This document shows positions 38,643 to 50,600 of a stretch of DNA of 64,000 nucleotides, piece after piece. The DNA is from Eledone cirrhosa (lineage: Eukaryota). Under the pieces are notes generated by a model, which made no database searches, was not told the DNA's origin, and was given only the letters and a program-made list of their open reading frames with translations. Within the stretch, counting starts at the first letter, position 1, and each line of letters opens with the position of its first letter. The stretch covers positions 94,302,001 through 94,366,000 of the forward strand of contig OZ024744.1 of the NCBI GenBank assembly GCA_964016885.1, given 5' to 3'. A program made the translations under genes and the position numbers.

Positions 38643-41600
38643 TATGTTTTATATAACTAAATGCAAAATGGTTAGCTTTAGTTCTTTCAAATAATAAAAC
38701 TAGAGATTCTTCAAAATTTTCCTGTTTACACAATTTACAAAAGAAAAATAGGTCATGGCACTCTAAATTGTATTTTTTTAAAATAATTTTGTTTTCCCTG
38801 AAGGACATCATGTGATGTGTATAGCAATATATTAATTTCTCTCTATAATGATTTTTGTAATTAGAATAGATTTTTGTGTTATTTTAACACTTATTGCCAA
38901 AATGTGTTGGGCATCATAATGAATTGCTCAAAATTTTTTATTTTAACTTGAACAATTGTGGATATGTAAATTCTTCTCCAAATTCATGCCACCCTCTTCT
39001 TTCCTATCCATTTCTTGATATGAAAATCACTCTGTGGTTTTCTTTTTTTTTTTTTTTTCTCGTTAAGCCTCAGGTTAGCCTTGATCAAGCAGACCTGTGA
39101 TCAGACATTTCTAAAATTAAAATTAAAACTAAAACTAAAGTATGAATGTACAGTTCATACATTTTAGCAGAATTGATATGTCAGTGCAGTGGCAAGTTTT
39201 TTTTATTTTTTTTTTTTTTCGTGCATGTTAATTTTCTGAAGTATTATTTTGTTAAATTCAGTCTGGACATTATTTTGTCTTTTGTATAACTCAAAATACC
39301 CCCACCCCACCCTTATTTTCATCTCATAAAATATAGATCTTTAGAAAATTTCAGAAACACAGAAAAGTATGTTTTGAAAGTGATCCTATTCAAGCTTATA
39401 CATATTTTTGAGCAGATCAATTCAAAGTTTAAATTTCATCAATAACTTTCTCCTTCCAAACTAATCATTTAAAATAAACTCTGATCAGATGTCAATACAA
39501 TTTATAGTTTAATTAATCCAAAACTAAAAATAACTCTGAAAGCTTTTTGAAAATATCAAATACTCGTGTTATCATCCATCACCATTTAACAGCTATTTTC
39601 CATGTCTTGCTTATATGTTCCACTTTTGGCTTGATTTCTACAGCTGGATGCCAATCCTAATGCTAACCTCTTTACAGTGTGTACTGGGAGTATAGTTTCT
39701 ATGACTTGATGCCTTTCCTAACACCAACCACTATACAGCATACTGTGAACATTTAGCATAACTCCACAACTACCATCTTACAGGGTAGACTGGGTTCTTT
39801 TCTCATGGCACTACTGCTTTAAAGTTATGATTGTTAAAGAAATCTGATATAAATTGGTCAGAATATTCATGAAATAAAAGAAAGCATTTGATTATTCTAT
39901 GCTACTATTTGTTATACACAGCATTCTTATGTAGCATATTAGTCTTACATCTTTCTAATACAGGACTGAATCATTTTGCTCAAGTTTCTTTAATAGTTAG
40001 GGTATTTAAAGTTTTTTTATTTTTCATGTGTTGTATGAACTAGACTTTCCAATGTGAGGCATCACATCATCTAGATAGATAGTTTGAGGGTTTAACGTTG
40101 ATATCGAGAGAAGGTGAAGCTTGGCTTCTTACATAATGGAGTCATAGTCACTGCAGATAACTTTATTATATAGAAACTATATAATGTGACAGCTGCTGTT
40201 TGATAAAGTCTGTCCTCCCTAATTGGTGGCTGTTGTGGCCCAAATTTAGGAAGGTAGATGGCCTGCATTTAATTTGCCGAATTTGGAGGGTGAATGCAGT
40301 TTGGTTTGGCAGGAGTGCAAGCAGGCATTCGATTTAGGGTGTTTGCTGAATGTTTGCGGGCTAACTGGAGCAATAACTTATTTACGTATATAAATAATTC
40401 TTTGTTTCTTTTTTATTGCTTAACAAATGTTTGTAAATGTAAGTTGATTTGTATATATTTAAAAACTAATTCTCTATTCTAGGCTTTGATGTGAATTTCA
40501 TGGATGATGTGGGTCAGACTTTGTTGAATTGGGCTTCTGCTTTCGGCAGTCAAGATATGGTATGTAAATAATTTTTCTGCTAAAAAATTTGTTTGGGAGA
40601 TTTTATTAATAATTCTCACACACCTACACCTCTATTTTAGTACTATCATCATTGTCATCATTTAATGTCCATTTTCCACACTAACATGAGTTAGAGCTGT
40701 CCCGTAGTGAGTCAAGGCAGGTCAGAAGGCTGTGTGTGTCTCACACAAATGATTTTGGCTTGGTTTCTACGGCTGGATGCCCTTCCTAATGCCAACCATA
40801 TAGTGTGGACTGGGTGCTTTTTGTCGTAACGCCTACGCAACCACTTTACAGTGTGGGCTGGGCACTTTTTATCGTGACTCCTACATGACCACTTTACAGT
40901 GAGGATTGGATGATCTTAAACAAAAGTTTCCTAATCTTTATTTCACGATTCTGACATGAATCGTATATTATCTTTGTATCTTAGATGGCATTCTAAATAT
41001 GATTTTCAGAATGTAAATGGCTTTACAAAGGAATATTTGCTCTGGTGTTGTTCTTACAAACTAACCCAGTAAGCTTTGGAGTACATTGTGATTGGAATCA
41101 CTTAAGATGTATGGTCCTTAGAATGTTAATTGTGAAAGCTATTAATCCTGATTCAGTAATTTTAGGGGTTAGTTTTCAAGGCAATGATTGTCTTCACAAT
41201 TTGATCATAAGCTCATTGGTAGTAAGGATGGAATATTGTCTGTCATTAGTGTTGACAAAACAATGAATTTACTAAAAGCTCCATAATTTAGATGGGGTGA
41301 CTAAGATGTGAATTTCAGACATGTATCATCATCATCATCAATTAACAGCCATTTTTCTATGCTTGCATGGATTAGACAGGTCATGTAAAGACATGTCAGG
41401 TCTGGACACCAAACAAGCTCATACGGATCTGAATTTAGGCTTGGTTTCTACAGCTTGATGCCCTTCCTAAAAACAACCGCATTTACAGTGTGTACTGTAT
41501 GCTTTTTATCATGGTACCAAAGCGACTATCTAACATGGTGGACTGGGTGCTTTGTGTTGTCATCAACAAGACCACTTTACAGGTTGGACTGGGTGCTTTT

Positions 41601-44600
41601 TCTCATGTCACCAATATGACCACCTTATTGTGTGGACTGGGTGCTTTTTCTCATGTCACCAATATGACCACCTTATTGTGTGGACTGGGTGCTTTTTCTC
41701 ATGTCACCAATATGACCACCTTATTGTGTGGACTGGGTGCTTTTTCTCATGTCACCAATATGACCACCTTATTGTGTGGACTGGGTGCTTTTTCTCATGT
41801 CACCAATATGACCACCTTATTGTGTGGACTGGGTGCTTTTTCTTGTGTCACCAGCATAACCACTTTACAGTGTGTACTAGGTGCTTTTTCTTGTGTCACC
41901 AACAGGATGGACTGGGTGGTTTTGTTCTTGTGGCACCCTGTTCCAGAAATGATAGTGAAGCTTCAGACATGTTATACTTCGGTTGAACATTTGAATCATA
42001 ACTGTAACTATCTGAAAATAAATTTTTAATTTCAGAATCTAAATTTTTTCACATATTTTAATTATTTTCAGTTTGAGTGAAATTAAAAAAAAAAAATCAT
42101 CCAATAAAATGAACTTTTCTTGATTTTGTAGGTTGAATTTCTTTGTGAACGTGGTGCTGATGTAAACAGAGGCCTTCGATCATCCTCATTGCACTATGCA
42201 GCGTGTTTTGGTAGACCTCAAATAGTAAAGGTATTTTGCATTATTTTTTTTTTTTATGTTTATTTGAAATTATTTAGGTTATAATGTATAAAGTGATATA
42301 TGTAAGAAGGCTAAACAATACAAAATGGACAGTAAGTAAAATAAAGGCAATGAAAAAGTTAGTTACCTAATAATCTTTTTTTCTTTGGTGGGGAGGGGGT
42401 TGTCCTAATATTTCAGAACTTAAAATTCCTTTTATCAGAGTAAAAGGAACTCTGAGGAAAAAAAACCTCTTTGAATAGATCAGAACGTTTTTTTTTTTTT
42501 TTTGTTTTTTTTTTTTTTGAGAGTTCCTTATTCTGATGAAGGGAATTTTTAAGTCCCGAAATATTAGGATGGAAGAAACAACAACAAAATCCCCCCCAAA
42601 ATTACCAGGTAACTAACTTTTTGTTGTCTTCATCTTACTGTCCACTTTGTATTGTTTAGCCTTCTTACATATGTCACTTTCCACATTATATATTATATAC
42701 AATGTTTCAAGCAAACTACAATATCTTATTTAGATTATGTTTAATGTTTTTTGTTCAAATTATATAAGACTTCCATAAATCTAACTTGAAAGATGTAAGT
42801 TTGAAATTCATGACTACAGAAATGGTTATTTCCAATTTATTATTTAGACTTTACTAAGATATGGTGCTAATCCAGATCTTAGAGATGAAGATGGAAAAAC
42901 TCCTTTAGATAAAGCAAGAGAAAGAAATGATGAAGGCCATCGGGAAGTCATCCAAATATTACAATCACCAGGTAACTTCTATTGCAATGTATTATTTTTT
43001 AATATGTAAATAAAAAATAAATAAACGCACCTACATAGGGCCGAGGAAGAAGAGGGAGCTTGTGTGCTGAACGGGGAGGGACATAAAGTTTATTAGTATG
43101 GTGAAAGGAAAGATGAAAAAAAAAAAAGTGTTTAACAAACTTGTTCTTTATTTAAAACTTACAGCTTGAAGTAATTCAGCTAAATATATTTTGGGGGTTA
43201 ACTGCCTCCTCCTCCTCCCACCTACTCCGTTGCGACCTTTTGGACTGGAAGCATTGAATGTTTGCCACAGGTTGGTTTGGGTAACATTTAATTTAAATTA
43301 TCATAAATTAAAATTTGCAAACTTCATTATATATGATTATATATATATATATATATATATATAGATAAATTCCGACCTCACACACTTACACCTCTCCAAG
43401 ACAATGTCACTGGACCGAGATCTTTGGCGCTACACAGTAATAGAGAAGACCCGCCTTACCTAAATACAAAGTAAAACCTACTACAGTCAGTAGGCACCTC
43501 TAACAAAATACACCCTCGTCCCACTACCCCCACCCCATCCACACCACTCCTTTCAATGTAAATTTATGTTGGTACCACAACATCCAGGCCGAAACAAATG
43601 AGGTTGTGTAGGTGTCACGACAAAAAAAAAAACACAGTCCACGCTGTAATGTGGCCGTGTAGGTAACACGGTAAAAACCTCCCAGTTCCACACTGTAAAT
43701 GTGGTTGGTGTTAGGAAGGACATCCAGCCGTAGAAAACTCGCCAGACAGTCCTATGCAAGCAAGACAATCACTCTTGCCTCAAGTGGGAAAACTCCCGTC
43801 CAAACCCATGCAAGCGTGGAATATGGACGTTAAATGATGATGATGATGATGATATATATATAATGTGTACATGTATGATTGTATGATAGGAGTGTGAGAA
43901 AGGTGCAGTTTTACTTCGAAAGGTTTTAGGTTTTCTGCATGGAGGTCTAAAAAAAATATTATAACATGGTCTGGTGAATTAAATAAGAGGCCAGTGTGTT
44001 GAACATGTTTTTGTCTTAGCTTAGTGCAAGTTCAAAGGAATATAGATTATGTGAACAATATATGTGGCTGAAGTAGGACTCGCCTGAGGTTGGCCTGAAA
44101 AAAGTTAGTGAATAAGATTTCTCCTTGGATTAGATTTAAGTTTTAGACCTTTGGACTGTTTGTAGTTGTTAAAAGTAATTTTGTTTTTAATTCCATGTAA
44201 GTTTTTTTTCCCCCTTTTTCATGAGAGAAATACTTCATAATCATTTGTGTTTGTGTAAATTTCCATTCCTCTTTGTTATAGTTTCTATAAGAAACCAAAT
44301 TTTCTAATGATTATAACAATATAAAGTTTTTTAAAAAATTATTTGTGGTTTTAATCTGGTTTTGCTGCAGTGTTATGCATGTTCCAACTTATAAGAGTTT
44401 TACAGTTGTTACTGATATGAAATGTAGAGGAAAATTCATACATCAGGTTGGAACATTTGATCTTTGGACCAGTATTATATATATACAACATTAATTGTGC
44501 AGCAACTATGACATTTGTGTATTGTTATATATAATTATTATTATTTGTTTTCTGTCCTTAATTTGATCTCAAAATCTTTGACGTATACCTCAGTATAAAT

Positions 44601-47600
44601 TAAAAAATGTAAATGAAATTTCTGTAGGTGAATGGATGGTACCTGTACAAAGAGAAAATTCACAGATAGAAACAGACAGGGAAAAGGATTTAGTTGAAGA
44701 AGATAAAACAGAATGTACAGAACCTAAAGGTGATCCAGAAGTTGCTCCATTATATATTAAAGGGCTCCTGCCTGTGTTTGCACAAGTATTTCATGGATCC
44801 ATGTTGATATCAGTCAGGTAACAATATATATATATTTTAGTGTTTTTATTTTATTTATTTTTTTTCATTCCTAAATGAAGAAAAGCCAAATTTATAAGTC
44901 TTTAAATTTTCATTTATTTTTATATAACATTCTAATATTTATTTTTTCTCTCCTCAAGGAAAGCCAGCTTATCACTCATCAGAAAAATGGTCCATTATAT
45001 TAGTGGGCCTCTTTTAGCTGAAATGAGTTGCGCTGAATTTAGCAGCCCAAATTTTGGATCATCTCTTACAGAAGTCATTGCTACAGTTCTTGACAATGAA
45101 GTAAGTTCATTTACCCTTTTGCTTCTATATTTCTTTGTTTTTAATTAAAAAATAATTAATTTAGGTTGGCTTTGTGAATAATATATTAAAGTAGTGTTCA
45201 GTGTGCAACTTAACAAAAGATATTTATACAATTCTATTGTGGAATTTTTTGTCTTGAAACTACTACAGGTAAAAATCAGTGAAATGTGAAATTCAAATTT
45301 CTATTTATAGGGAGGGAAATGCCTGAGTTTCATTCAGATGTGAAGGAATCCATATTTTATCCTCCTTTTCCTTTTAGATTCTGTGTAGCAATTAATCTTT
45401 AATTGGAATAAAAACAAAGTAAATAGTCAGTGGGTTTTGAATTACGTTGAAGGGTGTTGTATGGTTTGGTTTGGTCTGAAATATTTTGAAGAGAATTATT
45501 TTAGAAGTTTTCATTTCATTCTCTTTCTAGAATTACTTCATTACTTTTGTCTGAGTTGTTTTCTGTCTCAGAAATTAAAGCATCTAGTACTATATCTATC
45601 ACTTGATATATCTGTTGTGTTTAAATATTTACTTGAACCACTTTTTCCTTTAAAAAATTCTTTGAATTTCAAGTTAAAATCTGAAATGTATGTAATTTTT
45701 TCTTTAAAGTTCATAATGTTATAGAAATAAAAATAAAAATAGAAAAGAATGGTGGTAACAACGTCAGATGGTCTACAAGAAATGTTGACCTACTGGAATC
45801 TATATTAAAATGGCTATTTTTGTCTATGATTGACAATCTTAAGGCTTAATTTGATCACAAATGACCAAGGAGTTTGCACCTAGAAGGCTTTCCTCTGAGG
45901 CACAAACCTGGGCAAGATGTCTTTTTGTGAAAGATCAGCAGTCACTCATACATACCAGTCTCCCCTCTCTACGCCACCGATGTGGTCCAAGGGAAAGGCA
46001 ATGGCTGAGACAGCTTTGCACCAATGATGATGCAACTCGTTTCTACAGCTGAGTGAACTGGAGCAACATGAAACAGTGCCTTGCTCAAGGACACTATACT
46101 GCCCAATCCAGGAATCGATCTCACAACTCCATGATTGTGAATCCAACGCTCTAACCATTAAGCCAGGCACAATCCCATATTATCACTAAAGTAGTAACGT
46201 GATTTTTCTGTGATATTTCAATTTTGATACGAATATGGAGGAATTTGTGATTTCTGGTGCATTGGTATCATTACAAATAACTCAGACATTTTGGTAATGA
46301 AAGTGTTAGAATAATAAACATTTTTGTGGAATGGATAATTTCATTTAGTCATGTTTTTCTCTTTTATAGGAAGATGATAATGGCCATTTAATAGCATTGC
46401 AAGTGGTGCAAGACTTGATGAAGAAAGGGCAAGAAATTTATCTGGAACACTTTGCTCGCCTTGGCTTATTTAGTCGTGTACTAACCTTGGTTGGACCATT
46501 TGAAGAAGAGAAGGACAAAGAAAAGGTTTGTATTTTTATAATAATTTTTGTAAATAGCTAAAACACTGTATAATGCTACTCTCAAATGTCTTGTATATCT
46601 AGTGTTAAGCTAAAATTCTAAAGTGAGAAATTTTGATTTTTCACCATTACTTGTTGATAAAATAAATGTAAAATAAATTTCATTCCTACAGAAATAGATT
46701 TCAAACCAAATTTGAAAGAAAAGCAATTTGATAACCTTGGAGCACATTCAAACCTTTTGTGACTATATTTCTAATGTAATACACCCTATTTCAATTAGTT
46801 AATGGAGAATTTTAGAGGATATTAATAAGATAGTAATTTAACATATGGTTTTTATATAAAATTATCTTGGAAGATTTTAATTTAAAACAAGTAGCTTTGT
46901 TTCATAGAACCAGAGCCAGTTTTGGCTGGGTTGGGCTGGCATCAAATGGGTTAACCCTTGATATCTATTTTCTCAGGAGGAGGAGGAACCAGTTATTGAA
47001 GATGCTAAAGAAATTCTACCAGGCAAGCCTTATCACTGGAAAGATTGGAGTATAGTTCGGGGACGTGATTGTCTGTATCTTTGGAGTGATGCTGCTGCCT
47101 TAGAATTATCTAATGGAAGTAATGGGTGGTTTCGTTTCATATTGGATAGCAAACTTGCTACTATGTATTCCAGTGGAAGTCCAGAAGGAGGTTCTGATAG
47201 CTCTGGTAGGTTTTATTTTATTTTATTTTTCCTTTATTTTCGCTATATTTTTCTTTAACCATTGTTTTATATCATTTAGCGAAAAAAATATTATCACTTA
47301 TTTTCTTTTGAATATTTTAGAAAACCGAGGGGAATTTGTTGAAAAGTTGCAAAAAGCTCGAAGTCAAATACGTTCAGGAACGATGAGCCAACCAATTGTG
47401 TCAAAGCCTGATGCTGCCAGCTTAATTGTTGGGAATTGGGTGTTGATGTGTAAGAAAACTGGAGAAATGCAAATTCATAACTCTGATGGCCAACAGGTAA
47501 ATGTTTTGTGCTGAAAAATATTTCAATCCAGAATGTGTATTGCTTTCTTCTCACTTTTTATCATCAACTGTGCCCCAGCATGGCCTTAACCAATTGGTTG

Positions 47601-50600
47601 GAACAGTTAGAGTTAAAGAGTATAAATATAATGGAATGACAACTGGTTATAAGATATTAACTGCCCTTTGTCATATAGTTATATTCCTTTTATATTTTGT
47701 ATGAAATCTCCCCATACCTTTAATATTACTAAGATGGATAGAATCTTTTATAGTTGTGTAGTTTTGTGCTGAGTTTAGAAATCATAATTTAGGGAAATGG
47801 TAAACTCCTTGTAATTCTAAATCTCAGATTAAAGTCATTCCACCTTCTGTGTGTCTTTAATATTCTTGGCGGGAATAAAGTATAGAAACCATGAATGTCA
47901 CATCCCATTTCCCCTTTCCTAATGTGAGCTTGTAACCAGCCAATTCTTTTTTTTTTTCTCGCTTCCATTTTCCTCCCATTTTTAAATGTATTAATTTCAA
48001 TTTCTTTATGTCTTTTTCTAAACAGCAATCCACATTGCTAGGAGAAGATCTACCAGGATTTATTTTCGTTTCCAATAGAGGAACAAGACATTCTTTTACT
48101 GCTGAAACCACATTAGGTCCAGAATTTGCAGTTGGATGGGGTGGTAAGAAAAGCAAAAAGTTCAGGACAAAAATTGATGCTTTAAGGATGAAAGTAATTA
48201 TATTTTAAATATTTAATTTGGATAATTTTTTTTTTTTTTTTTGCTTACTCATTTTTCATTTTTACAAATGAATAGAGTTGGAAATACTCATGTATAAAAT
48301 GCAACTTTTTCCACAAAAATGCACGAAAAACCAGCATGTGACTTGTCTTCCAAATTTACAAAACCTCATGAAACTATATAAATGTATCTAAAATGTAGTG
48401 CAACACTATTATATGATAATTGACTACAATTTTGGATATAGGTACAGAGGTTGAATTCAACTGAGCTTGTTAAAACATACAATTTGAAATAACTCAATAA
48501 ATTAATTAATTTGACTCTTAATGTTAAATTTAGCCTGTAAAATATAAAAATAAAAGGTTAATAACAAAATTCTTTCCCCAGTATCATTTTTTTTTTGCCT
48601 CCAAACTGGAATGTTTCACAACTGTTAAATAAATGGAATACTTAATATTGAATTTACATAATTTATCTTGCCCAATCATGATTAATCAAATGATTTTCTG
48701 TTTTCTATTTTTAGGTAAGGACCTTAGCCAGGGAGCTCTATGAACAGTACTTTAGAGTAGCCGAAGCTTCTCCTCGTAGCATTGTGGCTCGAATTAAAAA
48801 CATTGTGCATCGACTTGAAGCTTCATATGCTAAACAGATCAGTCAAATAAAAGTAAGTAGCTGAATTTAGCAGGTTTATTTTTCATCGTTAAAACTGTGA
48901 GAACATTTTAAACACTTAATATCACTTACTCTGTAAATTTTAACCCTTTTGTTACCATATTTCTCATGAAAGACACTGCTTTATGCAGAATTTTACAAAT
49001 AACAAATCTAGAGGTGTTTATAGTGATATAACTTTCTCCATTGAACTTCTTTCATTAAAGTTCTTACATAAAATTATAATGGAAGTTTTCTTTTTAGTTT
49101 TTTTTTAATATAAATATAGACACTTTAAAATAAATAGCTTAGTATTGTAGAACCAAGGGAAGTTTCAAGCACTTTTGTTATCAAAAGGGTTAAATATATG
49201 TTTAAAACCTATATATAAATTGAAGTTATAATTAAAATTTGAAATTATAACATGTATTTCATGAACCTATTATAAACATTATTTATTTATGCATTCTCTT
49301 TTAAAATTTTTATTTTATAGTCTCCTACTGGTGAAGTGGAATGGGAAGAAGATATGCATGCTGCTCTGGAAGAATTAACAGCATTATTGAAAGATGAGCA
49401 TACTGTTTCATCTTTCGAACTTTCAAGTAGTGGATTAGTCCAAACTTTGCTTAACATCTTAAACAATGTAATTGTTCTTTTTTTTTCTAAACTTTATATA
49501 ATGTAGCTTACATTCAATACTATAATGATATTTACATGAAAATTATTTAATAACTATAATTTTTTTCCATACACTGACGCATATGTGTAATTGCATACCC
49601 ATACATTTATATGTATGGGTATATAAATATAAACGTGCAAACACAGGTACACTTACAAAAATACACACTCAGACATATATTCACACACACACATATACAC
49701 TTACACACTAGTTTTTTCACCATCCCCTTCCTTCCTTTTACACACACATTCATTCAGGCAAGCAGCAGATGTAAAGAGAGACGAGTAGTATGAGGTAGTC
49801 AAATTACTCCTCTCTCTTTACGTGTGGTGACAGATTCGCAGAAATTTATATATAGATATCTGATTTTTTAATATTTTTCATGTATATATTTGTAATTCAT
49901 TAAATTTTCAATTACAGTTGCCATATTTTCCCTATTTTCCCCATGGGACTAAATGTTTAAACTCCTTATTCCCTAGTACCTACCTAAACACAGAGTGGGT
50001 GAACAGAACTAAATTAGTGTGATGTGTTTTATCTAAGAGATAAATTGTATTTCAGTGGTTACTATCAAACTAATTTTGTGTATGACTGATTCTTTAAATA
50101 GACATAGTTCCCATGGTAGAATGGTAAATGTTAGGAAGGGCATCTGTTTGTAGAAGCTGTATTTAACAAATGGTGGAGAGGACTCTTTACTTGTGTCAAG
50201 GACATGTCAACCTCCTTACTGCCAGTGCCTTGATAAAATATATACACTGGAAAGGAGTTGGTGATAGGAAGGGTGTCAAGCTGTAGAAATCCTGTCAAAA
50301 ACCAGTATATTTGTAAACAAGAAGTGACTACTGGCCCGGTCTGGGAGGGCAGTAACTCCAATTAAATACAGACTACTGATTTGGTCCGTGACCACCTGCC
50401 TGACTCTTGCCAATAGGGAAAGACATGTTAAGTGAAGATGATGATAATCAGGTCGCTGTATAAGTCATGGCCTTCAGATTATTAGTAATGTAAGTGATGT
50501 TACTACATTTGGAAACCAAAACCAGGTTTCAGGCTTGACTCACCGGTTGATTTCATAGATACTTGTAATAGTTAATACTAATTAACAAAGCATTCAACAG

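Noticed and set aside
41490-42029. CRISPR-like array or repeat protein
   Set aside because: Head-to-tail identical 48-bp units with no unique spacers, no cas genes, in a eukaryotic intron
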